Below, one piece after another: positions 48,394 to 60,169 of a DNA stretch of 64,000 nucleotides. This DNA comes from an uncultured Clostridia bacterium (GTDB lineage: Bacteria > Bacillota > Clostridia > Christensenellales > CAG-314). A program made the translations under genes and the position numbers. The first letter of the stretch is position 1. Each line of letters begins with the position of its first letter. Below the pieces are notes generated by a model that saw only the letters and a list, made by a program, of their open reading frames with translations, was not told where the DNA came from and made no database searches. The stretch is taken from NCBI GenBank assembly GCA_934230325.1, contig CAKQEP010000001.1, positions 148,739-212,738 of the forward strand. The letters are read 5' to 3'.

Positions 48394-49500
48394 TTAACAA
48401 TCGGCGGCAAACAAAATGTAGGTATCCAAGCCCAAACCGACCTCGTTTACGTTGAGATTTATTACCCTGCCGCCTTTTATCGCTTTTTTGCCGTAAGTGC
48501 AATAACCGCCGCTTATCGTGTTTGCCAAAAGTATTCCTTCGTAATTGACTTGATAATGGTTTTGGTGGTCGTGTCCGCTAAAGGTTGCGACCGTGCTGCC
48601 CAACTCCTTGATTTTTGCAAACATTCCGGTGTTTTTGCCGCTACAACAAACTTTTTCAAACTTGCCGTCAGATTCGGTAAAATTTTGCGTTGCGATTGCA
48701 TATTCCGGCAAAGGAATATGAAAAAACGCAAGGCTCGGCGGCATAAAACCGATTTCGTTTTTGATGCCCGTCAAATACCACTCGTACCAACTTACCGTGC
48801 TTTTGCTAATCGGCGCGTACTTGCCCTCTTGCTTGTCTTTGCCCGCTTCGTTGCTGTCCAAAAGAATAAAACTGCCCTTTATCTCTCCTGCGGCGTTTTT
48901 TAAGTTTATCGCATAATTACCGAGCGTCTTGCCGTAAAGTCCGTCGTCAAGGTTTGTCGGTCCGACGTCAAACAACGAATACTCTGATTTTTGCAACATA
49001 TCGCACAGCCGAGTTTTGTCGGCAAACCCCGTGCTGTCGTGGTTGCCGAAAGTCATTGCCCACTTGATGCCGCGTTTAGCGCATTGCTTGTCGATAAATT
49101 TAATCCACTTTCTCAATGCGTTGGCGTTGTCTATTGCAAAGGTAGTATCTCCCGTCACTACTACGAGGTCGGGATTAGTCTTGTCGATAAGTCTTTCCGC
49201 AAGGTCAAGAGTTTTTAAATCCAAACTTCCCGTACCGCTCAAAAAATGCAAATCGGTCAGTTGAAGTATAGTAAAATTGCCGTTGACGTCGGCGGTGACA
49301 GTAGAATAATTTGCCGAGTTGAAGGTATCCGTCGCTTTCCATTCGTATGGCGTCAAGTCGGATTTTAAAGTAAAAACAAACATTCGAAACACTACGTACA
49401 AAACCATTCCCGCAGAAATGATGCCCCAAAGCACCCACGCAAACCATCTGCGAAAACCTATTGCTTTATACTCCGCGTTTTTGTTGGAAATCACACCCAT
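48394..49500 (-). CDS. membrane-anchored metallophosphoesterase (calcineurin-like)
   Basis: LTDLHF, VVVTGD, GNHD and GHDH motifs. N-terminal TM helix. Confidence 0.8.
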   Translation of the reverse strand: MGVISNKNAEYKAIGFRRWFAWVLWGIISAGMVLYVVFRMFVFTLKSDLTPYEWKATDTFNSANYSTVTADVNGNFTILQLTDLHFLSGTGSLDLKTLDLAERLIDKTNPDLVVVTGDTTFAIDNANALRKWIKFIDKQCAKRGIKWAMTFGNHDSTGFADKTRLCDMLQKSEYSLFDVGPTNLDDGLYGKTLGNYAINLKNAAGEIKGSFILLDSNEAGKDKQEGKYAPISKSTVSWYEWYLTGIKNEIGFMPPSLAFFHIPLPEYAIATQNFTESDGKFEKVCCSGKNTGMFAKIKELGSTVATFSGHDHQNHYQVNYEGILLANTISGGYCTYGKKAIKGGRVINLNVNEVGLGLDTYILFAADC

Positions 49501-49518
49501 AGTATTTTTCTTCCGTTG

Positions 49519-50019
49519 TTAAAATTTTTTTGGATTGTCGTTTTTGTAAGTGCAAAAAGTTATGCTGTAGTCACCGTCTTGCTGCGGTTGACTTTCTTGC
49601 ACAAGCCGCCAGTTTTTGTTCTCGTCGAGATTAGGGAAAAAAACCTGCGCGCCGCCATCGGCGTCAACTTTTGTGACATACGCGGTATCGCAGTAATCGA
49701 GCATAAAGGCGTAAAACATTGCGCCGCCGATAACAAAAACGTCTTGCGAATCATACCCGTCAAGCACTTTAAAAAGTTGTTTGGCGTCGTCTACCACTAT
49801 GCAATCGTCGCGTTTTTCTCCGTTGGGATACAATACGACGTTTGTTCTGTTTTTGAGAGGTTTACCTTCGGGAAAAGATTTTAGAGTGTTGCTACCCATC
49901 GCCACTACTTTGTCGGTCGTTTTTTTGCGAAAAAAAGCCATATCCGACGGCAGTTTAAACAATAATCCGTTGTTTTTGCCGATGCCCCACTTTTTGTCAA
50001 CCGCTACGATAATATTCAT
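49519..50019 (-). CDS. folA: dihydrofolate reductase
   Basis: MNIIVAVDKKWGIGKNNGL.F.LP.D..FF...T...VVMG..T; adjacent to thyA. Confidence 0.9.
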   Translation of the reverse strand: MNIIVAVDKKWGIGKNNGLLFKLPSDMAFFRKKTTDKVVAMGSNTLKSFPEGKPLKNRTNVVLYPNGEKRDDCIVVDDAKQLFKVLDGYDSQDVFVIGGAMFYAFMLDYCDTAYVTKVDADGGAQVFFPNLDENKNWRLVQESQPQQDGDYSITFCTYKNDNPKKF

Positions 50020-50847
50020 TTAGATTGCCACCTCCGGTTTTACGTCAAAATCGTTGTATTTGTAATCTATCAATTTAAAGTCGTCGGGTTTAAAGTCATA
50101 AAAATCCGTTTTGTCCGCCAAAACAAACTTTGGCGCGTCGTATTGCGGATTTTGTATCATTTTTTCTATCAGCGGTACGTGACGGTCGTAAATATGCGCG
50201 TCCGCTATGACGTGAACCAACTCGCCCACCTTAAAACCGCTCACTTTTGCAAGCATACTCAACAAAGCGGCGTACTGCGCTACGTTCCAGTTGTTTGCCA
50301 CAAACATATCTTGCGAACGTTGATTCAACAATCCGTTTAGCGTGTCGCCAGATACGTTGAGCGTAAAAGAATATGCGCAAGGATACAAATTCATTTCGTG
50401 CAAATCCTTGTGAACGTACATATTGGCCATTATTCTACGGCTGTAGGGGTTGTTTTTAAGGTCGTAAAGTATACGGTCGACTTGGTCAAACTCACCTTCG
50501 GGATAGACGCTTTTTTGAGCGAGTTGGTATCCGTACGCTTTGCCGATAGTACCGTTTTTGTCCGTCCAACTGTCCCAAACTCCGCTGTTTAAATCGGAAA
50601 CTCTGTTGCTCTTTTTTTGCCAAATCCAAAGCATTTCGTCCACGCAACTTTTAAAATAAGTGCGACGCAGAGTGATTATCGGAAACTCCTTTTGCAAATC
50701 GTACCTGTTGACCAAACAAAACTTTTTTATCGTGTGCGCGGGCGCGCCGTCCGCCCAGTGAGGACGTACGGAAACGTTTTTGTCGCTCCACCCGTTTAAA
50801 AGTATATCCTTTACGTTGTCTACAAATATTTTGTCCGCTATGCTCAT
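50020..50847 (-). CDS. thyA: thymidylate synthase (ThyA type)
   Basis: 275 aa, PCAYSF (active-site Cys context) and NQRSQD. The stop abuts the folA start. Confidence 0.9.
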   Translation of the reverse strand: MSIADKIFVDNVKDILLNGWSDKNVSVRPHWADGAPAHTIKKFCLVNRYDLQKEFPIITLRRTYFKSCVDEMLWIWQKKSNRVSDLNSGVWDSWTDKNGTIGKAYGYQLAQKSVYPEGEFDQVDRILYDLKNNPYSRRIMANMYVHKDLHEMNLYPCAYSFTLNVSGDTLNGLLNQRSQDMFVANNWNVAQYAALLSMLAKVSGFKVGELVHVIADAHIYDRHVPLIEKMIQNPQYDAPKFVLADKTDFYDFKPDDFKLIDYKYNDFDVKPEVAI

Positions 50848-50860
50848 TTGCGATTCTCCG

Positions 50861-51973
50861 TTACCTGTAATCTATCGTTATGCAAAAATCGACGTCGTGG
50901 TCTACGTTTTTGTTGAGTTTTTGTTTTATGTCCTCTGCCGTTGCCAAAGAACCGAACGGCACCGCAAGGTCAAACAACACTCTGTTTCTGCTACCGTACA
51001 CAACGCGAAAGTCGTGTATGTCAAACTCGTCAAATATACTGCCGAGATACTTTTCTACTTCGGCTTTTTTTTCGTTGACGTATTTGTCGTCGCACACTAT
51101 CGGATCGACGTGAATAAGCAATTCTATGCCGTCCTCTTTAAAAAAGTCGCGCTCGATAGCGTCGGCGAGTTCGTGCGCGGAAGTGATAACGGTGTTTGCG
51201 TCAACCTCCGCATGCGCCGTCACAAAACGTTTTTGCGGGCCGTAATCGTGTATCGTCAAGTCGTGCACTCCGAGAACTCCGTCATAAGACAATATTTTGT
51301 CTTTGATGCGTAGTTTTTCTTCCTGAGTAGGCGCAACGCCGATGAGATTGTCGAGAGTGTCCCGCGCCGTTTTTATCCCGCCTACAAAAATCAATACGCT
51401 TACCAAAAGTCCCATGTACCCGTCGAGATTGACTTTGGCAAAATGACCTATTATCGACGCCGCAAGTATTGCCGCAGTACCTACGGTATCGCTCACGCTG
51501 TCAACCGCCATCGCTTTAAAAAGAGGTAAATTTCTTTTTTTGCCCAAAACGTTAAAGCAGACAAACATAGCAAACTTTATCGCAACGGAAACGGCAAGAA
51601 CAATAACAAGCAAAAGGTTGTATTGCGGCAGATAAGGCTGTTTAAAATTGAGAATAATTTTTTTGACGCTTTCTATGGCGAGTTGTATTCCCAAAACGAT
51701 AATTACAAAGCCTATCAAAGTGCCTGCGACGTACTCCATTCTTTCGTGACCGAACGGGTGTTTTTTATCTGCGGGTTTTGCGGCTATCTTTGAAGAAATC
51801 AGCGCAATGACGTTGTTGCCTGCGTCGGACAAGTTGTTTACGGCGTCGGCAGATATGGAAATATTGCCGAAAAGCGTTCCCAAAACAAACTTTGCCACGC
51901 ATAGCAAAATATTTGCGGTCAATGCGGACGCCGCGCCGATAATATTTGTTTTAGTGCGATTTTTGTCTGTCAT
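50861..51973 (-). CDS. cation diffusion facilitator family transporter
   Basis: Six TM helices with HPFGHERMEY and DSVSD motifs, plus a cytoplasmic C-terminal domain. Confidence 0.85.
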   Translation of the reverse strand: MTDKNRTKTNIIGAASALTANILLCVAKFVLGTLFGNISISADAVNNLSDAGNNVIALISSKIAAKPADKKHPFGHERMEYVAGTLIGFVIIVLGIQLAIESVKKIILNFKQPYLPQYNLLLVIVLAVSVAIKFAMFVCFNVLGKKRNLPLFKAMAVDSVSDTVGTAAILAASIIGHFAKVNLDGYMGLLVSVLIFVGGIKTARDTLDNLIGVAPTQEEKLRIKDKILSYDGVLGVHDLTIHDYGPQKRFVTAHAEVDANTVITSAHELADAIERDFFKEDGIELLIHVDPIVCDDKYVNEKKAEVEKYLGSIFDEFDIHDFRVVYGSRNRVLFDLAVPFGSLATAEDIKQKLNKNVDHDVDFCITIDYR

Positions 51974-52124
51974 AATGCCCTGTCGGTCGGGATAACAACT
52001 CGTCGCCGCCGCTTTGTTTTGCGATTTAAAACCTTCGCTTTTGTTTTGTCCGCAAGTTTTTTGACGTTGACGATTGATATTTCTGCGTTATATTTTACTT
52101 TTTTTTGGGCGTATTGTCAATTAT

Positions 52125-53456
52125 TTAAGTATCATTACCCGACAAGATATCGTTTAAAGCGTTTTGTATCTGCTTTTTTGCAAATAAAAAACCGTTTTTG
52201 ACCGCAGATTGAGTTTTTCCTTCTATAAAACAACGAATTTTGGGTTCTGTCCCGCTAAATCTGAGAACTATACGCAACAACGGATATTTTTGATTAAAAA
52301 TCGCAATTATGTTGCCCAAAGTATTGTTTTGCAAAAATTCCTGCTTTTGCGCGTCGGTACAAACAAAATTTTCGGTAATGCTTTCAAAAGGAACGTATTC
52401 TGCCGTATAATCGAAAATATCCCCTTTTTCTACGACGATTTTGCTGACGAGCAAAGCGTTGATTATCGCGTCGCTACCCGTAGCAAAATCACTCAATAAA
52501 TAGTGACCGCTGTTTTCTCCGCCTACGTTACAACCTTTTTTGGTCATCGCTTCGTATATTTTGCTGTCGCCTACGTCGGTACGCAACAGTTGTATACCTG
52601 ATTTTTTTAATGCGTTGCTCAATCCGCCGTTGGTCATTATCGTACCTACCGCAGTCAAACCGAGTAGTCGATTGCTTTGTTTAAAATATTTGCAAAAAGC
52701 GTAAAAAATCCTGTCCGCTTCTACGGCTTTTCCGTCGGCAACAACCGCAAGCCTGTCTGCGTCGCCGTCAAAAGCAAATCCGATATCGCAACCGTTGTCT
52801 TTCATCTGAGACAACAAAAAATCCGTTTTGGTTGCGCCGCACCCGACATTTATCTTGTCGCCCCTGTTAAAATCGCAATACGCCACTACCTTTGCTCCGC
52901 ACTCCGCAAAAACTCGCTTTGCCACTTTGTACGCGCTGCCGTAACAACAATCCAAAGCAACTTTAAGCCCGTCAAGATTTGCGTCAACCGCCTTCAAAAC
53001 GTATTTTGCATAAGCGTCTTCGCCACCGTCGTAAACCTGCGCGACGGGAATTTCCGTCGGCAAAACGACGTTGAATCCGTCGATAAACTCGCTCAATTCC
53101 ACTTGAACTTTTTCGCATATTTTTATGCCGTATTTGTCAAATACTTTAAGCCCGTTGTACTCGGGCGGATTGTGGCTTGCGCTTATCATGACGCCGTACC
53201 CCGCTCCGCTTATGCGGGTAAAATATGCAACCGCATTTGTCGGCGTAACGCCGAGATTTATCGTTTGACCGCCATAATCGTTTACGCCTTTTGTCAACGC
53301 CGCCGTCAATTCGCCGCCGCTTACGCGAGTATCGCAACCGGTCACGATAATCTCTCCGCCGAGTTTGACAAGTCCCGCTCCCAACGCGTACGCCGTTTCT
53401 TTGGTCAACGTTGCGCCGTATACGCCTCTTATTCCGTCCGTACCGAATAAATTCAT
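52125..53456 (-). CDS. glmM: phosphoglucosamine mutase
   Basis: FGTDGIRG, active-site SASHNPPEYNGLK, DGDADR. Confidence 0.95.
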   Translation of the reverse strand: MNLFGTDGIRGVYGATLTKETAYALGAGLVKLGGEIIVTGCDTRVSGGELTAALTKGVNDYGGQTINLGVTPTNAVAYFTRISGAGYGVMISASHNPPEYNGLKVFDKYGIKICEKVQVELSEFIDGFNVVLPTEIPVAQVYDGGEDAYAKYVLKAVDANLDGLKVALDCCYGSAYKVAKRVFAECGAKVVAYCDFNRGDKINVGCGATKTDFLLSQMKDNGCDIGFAFDGDADRLAVVADGKAVEADRIFYAFCKYFKQSNRLLGLTAVGTIMTNGGLSNALKKSGIQLLRTDVGDSKIYEAMTKKGCNVGGENSGHYLLSDFATGSDAIINALLVSKIVVEKGDIFDYTAEYVPFESITENFVCTDAQKQEFLQNNTLGNIIAIFNQKYPLLRIVLRFSGTEPKIRCFIEGKTQSAVKNGFLFAKKQIQNALNDILSGNDT

Positions 53457-53577
53457 ACAAAAAAACCTCCTCCGCTATTATATGAAACGAGAAGGTTTTT
53501 TTATCCAAAGAAAAACGTCGGTTGTTTTTTACAATTTTTGGTCGTTTGACCGTTTACGACGCTTTTTACGTCAAAAT

Positions 53578-53961
53578 TTAAAGGCTGCTTTTTTCCTTGT
53601 TGAATTTTTCCACAGCCTGACGGTATCTTGCGGACAACTTAAACAAATACGCTTGTTTTTGACTTTCCGTCATTTCCTCCGTAAGGCTTTTGTCCGCTAA
53701 CATACCTATCGGATTTACCACCACAGCGTCTTGCGTCAATATGGCTTTTACCCTTTCGTAAAACTGCTCGTCGCTTTCGTAATTGCTGTTGTAGATTTTG
53801 TCTTTCAAAACCTGCTTTTGCTTTACCATAAGTCCGTCGCGACTGATTCCGTCGTTTTGGCAGGAATTAAGATACAAAGCCCTTTCGGACTTGACCTGAC
53901 TCCAAAAATCGTTTTTAAGTCTTTGTTTTGCCTGTTTTGCATAAGTTTTAAAAGTAGACAT
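53578..53961 (-). CDS. hypothetical protein
   Basis: 127-aa ORF with SD GGAGGA. No domain recognised. Confidence 0.5.
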   Translation of the reverse strand: MSTFKTYAKQAKQRLKNDFWSQVKSERALYLNSCQNDGISRDGLMVKQKQVLKDKIYNSNYESDEQFYERVKAILTQDAVVVNPIGMLADKSLTEEMTESQKQAYLFKLSARYRQAVEKFNKEKSSL

Positions 53962-54120
53962 AAAATTTCCTCCGATAAATATTTGTGTTTATTGTTTGCA
54001 TTATTCCGTTGTTTCTTTTGACGAGGTTGTCTTGGACAACCTATTATTTTTGCGAGTAATAGCAAAAAGTCGGCAACGCCAAAAACTCCCGTCGTTTTTG
54101 TTTTTATCCTAAATTAAAAT

Positions 54121-54153
54121 AAAAAAATCCGTCGACAAAGTTTGGTCGACAGA
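54121..54153 (-). terminator. intrinsic terminator after rpsU
   Basis: Minus strand: tctgtcgac-caaacttt-gtcgacgga followed by a T-run. Confidence 0.65.
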
Positions 54154-54192
54154 ATTTTCTTTAGTGTAAAAAAAGTATTAAGTTTGCCGTAA

Positions 54193-54372
54193 TTAACCGC
54201 GAACGTTGCGTTTGCGCGCCGCCTCAGCCTTTTTTTTGCGACGTACGGAAGGTTTTTCGTAATGCTCCTTTTTTTTAAGGTCACCGATGATACCGTCGCG
54301 AGCGCATTTACGTTTAAAACGACGTAACGCGTTGTCGAGTGTTTCGTTGTCGCCTACTCTTATCGTGGACAT
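54193..54372 (-). CDS. rpsU: 30S ribosomal protein S21 (59 aa; not in the ORF track)
   Basis: Translation [59 protein letters not shown] is the S21 pattern. SD GGGAAGGGGG. Confidence 0.85.
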   Translation of the reverse strand: MSTIRVGDNETLDNALRRFKRKCARDGIIGDLKKKEHYEKPSVRRKKKAEAARKRNVRG

Positions 54373-54475
54373 AGTCTGTTTCGCCCCCTTCCCTCAATCG
54401 GTTAATTTAACGCTATATCATTTTATTAAATTAGATTGCGTTTGTCAAGCAAAACAAACAAAATAATTCAAAATT

Positions 54476-57313
54476 TTATGTTTGCATGAGTCGCTTGGTT
54501 TTGTTGAGAACTTCTGCGAGATATTTGCCCGTATAACTATCCTTGCACTCCGCAATCTGCTCGGGCGTGCCGACGGCTACGACGTTGCCGCCTTTGTCGC
54601 CGCCTTCTTTGCCTAAATCTATGACGTAATCCGCTACTTTAATTAGGTCGAGATTGTGTTCTATAACCACGACGGTGTTGCCGTAAGAAACCAACCTCTG
54701 CAAAATCTTAACTAATTTGTCAACGTCCGCCGCCGCAAGTCCCGTCGTAGGCTCGTCCAACAAATACATGGTTTTGCCTGTGTTTCGCTTGGATAATTCC
54801 GTACTTAATTTTACTCTCTGCGCTTCTCCGCCCGACAAACTCGTTGCGGATTGTCCGAGTTTAATGTACCCCAACCCGACGTCGTACAAAGTTTGCAATT
54901 TGTTTCTTATCGGCGCGATATTTTCAAAAAACAAAAGCGCTTCTTCTACGCGCATATCGAGTACGTCGGCAATACTTTTGCCTTTATACTTGACTTGCAA
55001 CGTTTCCCTGTTGTATCTTGCGCCGTGACACACTTCGCACGGAACGTAAACGTCGGGCAAAAAGTTCATGGCTATTTTTAGTATGCCGTCGCCGCTACAG
55101 TTTTCGCACCTGCCGCCGCTGACGTTAAAGGAAAAACGCCCCGCCTCGTACCCTCTCTCTTTTGCGTCGGGAGTTGCCGCAAACAAACGCCTTATGTGGT
55201 CAAACATTCCCGTATAAGTTGCGGGATTGCTACGCGGCGTACGACCTATCGGGGATTGATCTATGACGATAACGTTGTCGAGATTTTCTTCCCCCGTGAT
55301 TTTTTTGCACTCCGTTTTGACGGGCTTTGCGCGGTTGAGTTTGTTTAAAAGGTACGGAGCGATAATTTCATTTACCAAACTGCTCTTACCGCTGCCGGAT
55401 ACGCCCGTCACGACGGTGAAAGTTCCCAACGGAATTTTTACGTCAACGTTTTTAAGGTTGTTCTTTTTTGCACCCGTCACAACCAAAAATTCACCGTTGC
55501 CATTGCGTCTTTCCGTCGGCACGGGAACAAATTTTTTGCCGCTCAAATATTGACCTGTGACGGATTTTTCGCACGCCATAATATCTTCCGGAGTGCCCGT
55601 CGCAACTACTTCGCCGCCATGCACGCCGGCAAGCGGCCCTATATCTACGACAAAATCAGCCGCTTTTATCGTGTCGTCGTCGTGCTCCACTACAATGACA
55701 GTATTGCCTATATCGCGCAAACGTTTTAATGTGTCAATCAACCTTTGATTGTCGCGTTGGTGCAAACCTATGCTCGGTTCGTCAAGAATATACAGCACTC
55801 CGGTAAGTCCGCTGCCTATTTGCGTCGCAAGCCTTATCCTTTGCGCTTCTCCGCCCGATAGCGTGGACGCCGAGCGATTTAATGTGAGATAATCGAGTCC
55901 GACGTCGCATAAAAATTTCAGCCGCGCTTTAATCTCTTTGAGCAACATTTTTGCAATGGTTGCCTGCGTTTCCGTCAAAACGAGGTTGTCAAAAAACTCC
56001 TGCATCTTGTCTACGGACAACTCGCATAACTCAAAAATGTTTTTGTCGGCAACTTTTACCGCCAAAACCTCTTTTTTGAGTCTTTTGCCGCCGCAAGTCT
56101 TGCACGGATAAGTTACCATATATTTTTCGTACTCGCGCCGTACAAAATCGCTCGTACTTTCGCGATAACGACGCGTAAACATAGGAATAAGTCCTTCCCA
56201 GTCCGACGTGTAATTGCCGTTGAAAGATTTGGTTTTGTAATCGAATCGTATTTTTTCGCCGCCGTTGCCGTACAACAGCATATTGTAAACGTCTTTTGGC
56301 AAATCCTTTATCGGCGTGTCCTTGCTAAAACCGTAGTGGCGGGACAACGCCGTAAAGTAAGAGTCCATCCAAGTCCCCGCGTCGATGTTAAAACCTAAAA
56401 ACCGCACAGCGCCTTCGTTAAGGCTTTTGGTTTTGTCGGGTATCATAAGGTCGATGTCAAAAGATTTTTTAAAACCCAACCCCAAACACTCGGGACACGC
56501 GCCAAACGGACTGTTGAAACTAAACATTCTCGGCTCTAATTCTTCTATGGTTATACCGCAATCGGGGCAAGCGTAAAGAGTAGAATACAGCGTTTCGGTT
56601 TGTTCCGTTTTTATTACGACCAAACCTTCCGCAAGTTTTATCGCCGTTTCCAGACTGTCGGTCAATCGACGAGAAATATTTTCCTTTACGACGAGTCGGT
56701 CGATTACGACGCCGATATTGTGTTTCTGCTGCTTGTCAAGCACGATATCTTCGTCCAGACTGCGCATTTCTCCGTCTACAAACACGCGAACGTATCCCTG
56801 ATTTTTTAAAGACGAAAAAAGATTTTTGTATTCTCCTTTTCTGCTGCGTACTACGGGCGCGACGATAACAATTCTCGTACCCTCCGCCAACTCCAAAACT
56901 TTGTCGGCAATTTGGTCTACCGATACTTTGGTAATTTTTTTGCCGCATTCGGGACAATAAGGCGTACCGATACGGGCGTACAGCAAACGAAGATAATCGT
57001 ATATCTCCGTCACCGTGCCTACCGTACTGCGGGGATTGTTGCTCGTGGTTTTTTGGTCAATGGAAATAGCGGGGCTTAAACCCTCTATCGATTCTACGTC
57101 CGGCTTGTCCATCTGCCCCAAAAATTGACGGGCATAAGCGGACAAACTCTCTACGTATCTGCGCTGACCTTCCGCAAAAATCGTATCGAATGCCAAACTG
57201 CTCTTGCCGCTACCCGATATTCCCGTAAAAACAACGAGTTTATCTCTCGGTATGGTAAGATTTATCCCTTTGAGATTGTTCTCTTTAGCGTTTTTTATTA
57301 CTATTTCTTTCAT
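54476..57313 (-). CDS. uvrA: excinuclease ABC subunit A
   Basis: Two ABC modules ([25 protein letters not shown]), Zn fingers, LSGGE signatures. Confidence 0.95.
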   Translation of the reverse strand: MKEIVIKNAKENNLKGINLTIPRDKLVVFTGISGSGKSSLAFDTIFAEGQRRYVESLSAYARQFLGQMDKPDVESIEGLSPAISIDQKTTSNNPRSTVGTVTEIYDYLRLLYARIGTPYCPECGKKITKVSVDQIADKVLELAEGTRIVIVAPVVRSRKGEYKNLFSSLKNQGYVRVFVDGEMRSLDEDIVLDKQQKHNIGVVIDRLVVKENISRRLTDSLETAIKLAEGLVVIKTEQTETLYSTLYACPDCGITIEELEPRMFSFNSPFGACPECLGLGFKKSFDIDLMIPDKTKSLNEGAVRFLGFNIDAGTWMDSYFTALSRHYGFSKDTPIKDLPKDVYNMLLYGNGGEKIRFDYKTKSFNGNYTSDWEGLIPMFTRRYRESTSDFVRREYEKYMVTYPCKTCGGKRLKKEVLAVKVADKNIFELCELSVDKMQEFFDNLVLTETQATIAKMLLKEIKARLKFLCDVGLDYLTLNRSASTLSGGEAQRIRLATQIGSGLTGVLYILDEPSIGLHQRDNQRLIDTLKRLRDIGNTVIVVEHDDDTIKAADFVVDIGPLAGVHGGEVVATGTPEDIMACEKSVTGQYLSGKKFVPVPTERRNGNGEFLVVTGAKKNNLKNVDVKIPLGTFTVVTGVSGSGKSSLVNEIIAPYLLNKLNRAKPVKTECKKITGEENLDNVIVIDQSPIGRTPRSNPATYTGMFDHIRRLFAATPDAKERGYEAGRFSFNVSGGRCENCSGDGILKIAMNFLPDVYVPCEVCHGARYNRETLQVKYKGKSIADVLDMRVEEALLFFENIAPIRNKLQTLYDVGLGYIKLGQSATSLSGGEAQRVKLSTELSKRNTGKTMYLLDEPTTGLAAADVDKLVKILQRLVSYGNTVVVIEHNLDLIKVADYVIDLGKEGGDKGGNVVAVGTPEQIAECKDSYTGKYLAEVLNKTKRLMQT

Positions 57314-59267
57314 TTTTTTCAGTCAATTTGTCAAGACGTTTTGTCATTTGAGCAATCTTTTCCCTGAGTTGGATTGCTCTTTCAAAATCAAGGTTGCCCG
57401 CCGCAACTTTCATAGCCGATTTGAGTTTTGCTATGCCGTCGGCAAGTTCTCTCGGCGTTTCTCCCACTGCTTTTTGAGAAATAGCCAACGTGTTTTTTAC
57501 TCCGTGTTTAATCGTTTGGGGGATAATGCCGTGTTTTATATTGTATTCGTTTTGAATGTTGCGTCGACGATTTGTTTCGTCAATCGCGCGTTTCATACTA
57601 CCCGTAACAGTGTCGGCGTACATTACCACTCTGCCTTTGTCGTTGCGGGCGGCGCGCCCTATCGTTTGAATAAGACTGCTTTCGCTACGCAAAAAACCTT
57701 CTTTGTCTGCGTCGAGAATTGCGACGAGTTGAACTTGCGGCAAGTCAAGACCTTCTCTCAACAAGTTTATGCCTACGAGAACGTCAAACTCGCCGTTTTT
57801 TAGCCCGTTGACTATATCTATACGCTCCAAAGTGTCTATATCGCTGTGCATATAACGCACGCGTACGCCTCTGTCCGACAAGTAAGAAGTCAACGCTTCC
57901 GCCATTTTTTTGGTTAGCGTCGTAACAAGCACTCTGCCTTTATCTTTGACTACGGCGTCGATTTGGTTTATCAGATGGTCAATCTGACCTTCTACAGGCA
58001 CTACTTCTATAATCGGGTCGAGTAGTCCCGTAGGTCGTATTACTTGCTCTACCACTTGTCCCGCCTGCCTCAACTCGTACTCGTCGGGCGTGGCGGATAC
58101 GCATATCATCTGACCTATGCGACTGTCAAACTCGTCAAATTTGAGCGGTCGGTTGTCGTACGCGCTTTTAAGCCTGAATCCGTAATTGACAAGGTTGTCC
58201 TTTCTCACTCTGTCGCCGTTGTACATTCCCCGTATTTGCGGCAAGGTGATGTGGCTTTCGTCGATAAAAGTTATAAAATCTTCGTTGAAGTAATCCAACA
58301 AAGTATACGGCGGTTGCCCCGCCTTTCTGCCGTCAAAATAACGAGAATAGTTTTCTATGCCGTTGGTGTACCCCATCTCGCGCAACATTTCCACGTCGTA
58401 ATTTACGCGCTGATTCAAGCGGTAGGCTTCTATCGCTTTGCCCGCGTCTTCAAATGCCTTTACCTCTTTTTCTTTATCGCGCAAAATATGATCAAGACAA
58501 CTTTGCATCGTGCTGCCTGATACTATATAGTGCGTCGCGGGAAAAATAAAACAATGCAACAGTTCGCAAACAACCCTACCCGACACCGCTTCGTTTTCCG
58601 TTATTCTGTCCACTTCGTCACCGAAAAACTCTATTCTTATGGTTTTTTCCGAACTCTCCGCAGGGAAAACCTCTACTATATCTCCCCGTACCCTAAACGT
58701 TCCGCGCCTAAAATCCGTGTCGTCGCGCTTGTATTGTATCTCGACAAGGCGCGAAATAACCTCTTCGCGGCTTACGCTGTCGTGAGGTCTTAACGACAAA
58801 CTCATTTTGTAATACTCCATAGGCGCGCCTAAACCGTAAATGCAACTGACCGACGCAACAACGATAGTGTCGCGCCGCTCGTACAAACTACACGTGGCAG
58901 AGTGACGCAACTTGTCGATTTCGTCGTTTATCGACAATTCCTTTTCTATATACAAATCGCGGCTGGGTATGTAGGACTCGGGCATATAGTAATCGTAGTA
59001 GGAAACAAAAAACTCTACCCTGTTTTCGGGAAAAAACTCCCTAAACTCGTTGCATAACTGCGCCGCCAAAGTCTTGTTGTGACTTATAACGAGCGCGGGA
59101 CGATTTGTCTTTGCTATGACGTTTGCCATAGTAAAAGTTTTTCCGCTCCCCGTGACGCCGCGCAAAACTTGAGTGCGCAGACCGTTGTCTATGCCCTCTA
59201 CAAGTTTGCTTATTGCCTGCGGTTGGTCGCCGCAAGGTTGATAATTTGAAACGAGTTTAAAATCCAT
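57285..59267 (-). CDS. uvrB: excinuclease ABC subunit B
   Basis: [14 protein letters not shown], the beta-hairpin region, and the C-terminal UVR domain [11 protein letters not shown]. Confidence 0.95.
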   Translation of the reverse strand: MDFKLVSNYQPCGDQPQAISKLVEGIDNGLRTQVLRGVTGSGKTFTMANVIAKTNRPALVISHNKTLAAQLCNEFREFFPENRVEFFVSYYDYYMPESYIPSRDLYIEKELSINDEIDKLRHSATCSLYERRDTIVVASVSCIYGLGAPMEYYKMSLSLRPHDSVSREEVISRLVEIQYKRDDTDFRRGTFRVRGDIVEVFPAESSEKTIRIEFFGDEVDRITENEAVSGRVVCELLHCFIFPATHYIVSGSTMQSCLDHILRDKEKEVKAFEDAGKAIEAYRLNQRVNYDVEMLREMGYTNGIENYSRYFDGRKAGQPPYTLLDYFNEDFITFIDESHITLPQIRGMYNGDRVRKDNLVNYGFRLKSAYDNRPLKFDEFDSRIGQMICVSATPDEYELRQAGQVVEQVIRPTGLLDPIIEVVPVEGQIDHLINQIDAVVKDKGRVLVTTLTKKMAEALTSYLSDRGVRVRYMHSDIDTLERIDIVNGLKNGEFDVLVGINLLREGLDLPQVQLVAILDADKEGFLRSESSLIQTIGRAARNDKGRVVMYADTVTGSMKRAIDETNRRRNIQNEYNIKHGIIPQTIKHGVKNTLAISQKAVGETPRELADGIAKLKSAMKVAAGNLDFERAIQLREKIAQMTKRLDKLTEKNERNSNKKR

Positions 59268-59304
59268 AAATATTAAGTCGTCGTTTGCTTTTTTGGTTGC
59301 GACG

Positions 59305-60087
59305 TTATTGACGTTGCTGACGGTTTAGATTGTAAATTATGTTCAATCCTTCCAAAGACAAACCTCTGTCAACGACGTCAAAAAATTTTTGATTGTCAAA
59401 AGATAACAGTTGGCTGAGTCCGCCCGTCGCAATAACTTTGCAATCGGGTAGGTTTGCTTCCGCCCGCAGTTTTTTGACGAGATACTCAACTTGCCCTTCC
59501 ATACCGTAAATCACGCCGCTTTGTATCGCTTTTGAGGTGCTGTTTGCAAGCGCAACGGCAGGACGCGACAACTCGACTTCCGGCAATCGCGCCGCGCTGG
59601 ACGCAAGACTCTTTATCCCCGTCCTTATACCTATAGTTATGCAACCGCCTAAAAATTCGTTTTTGTCGTTGACTACGTTAAAGGTCGTCGCAGTACCGAA
59701 ATCTATCAGAATGTACGGCGGCTTGTACTTTTTGCTCGCCGCAACGCAGTTTATTATTCTGTCGCTACCCAACTCTTTGGGGTTTTCGTACTTAATGTTC
59801 AACCCCGTCTTTATGCCCGTGCCGACAACAAGCGGATTTACGTTAAAGTAATACTCCAACATGTGCGTTACGGTGTAATTTAGTTGAGGAATAACGCTAC
59901 TAATAATTCCGCCTTCAAGTTGCGACAAGTCGATATGCTCGGTAAACATAAGTTGTTTTATTATGCTACCGTGTTCGTCGCCGGTGCGGGACACGTCGGT
60001 AGATATGCGCCAACTATATTTGAGTTTGTCGCCTTCAAACAGTCCTATTTTCATGTTGGTGTTGCCTATATCTATCGCTATTATCAT
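59305..60087 (-). CDS. coaX: type III pantothenate kinase
   Basis: [11 protein letters not shown]...DFGTATT...ATGG. Confidence 0.9.
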   Translation of the reverse strand: MIIAIDIGNTNMKIGLFEGDKLKYSWRISTDVSRTGDEHGSIIKQLMFTEHIDLSQLEGGIISSVIPQLNYTVTHMLEYYFNVNPLVVGTGIKTGLNIKYENPKELGSDRIINCVAASKKYKPPYILIDFGTATTFNVVNDKNEFLGGCITIGIRTGIKSLASSAARLPEVELSRPAVALANSTSKAIQSGVIYGMEGQVEYLVKKLRAEANLPDCKVIATGGLSQLLSFDNQKFFDVVDRGLSLEGLNIIYNLNRQQRQ

Positions 60088-60169
60088 AAGTTTTTTCCGC
60101 CTTCGTGTTGCTTTTATTTTTTGATTTTTTGTTTAAAAAAATACTATTTGACTAATAACCGCCGCAGAT

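Noticed and set aside
51974-52124. Long (about 110 nt) leader upstream of the CDF transporter, considered as a NiCo (czcD-type) or other metal riboswitch
   Set aside because: A good TTGACA-17-TAAAAT promoter is present. However, I could not fold the leader into a convincing multi-stem structure or recognise czcD-motif conserved nucleotides. It needs a cmsearch before any claim can be made.
52677-53450. 257-aa plus-strand ORF across glmM
   Set aside because: It is antisense to glmM, which has the diagnostic SASHNP active site.
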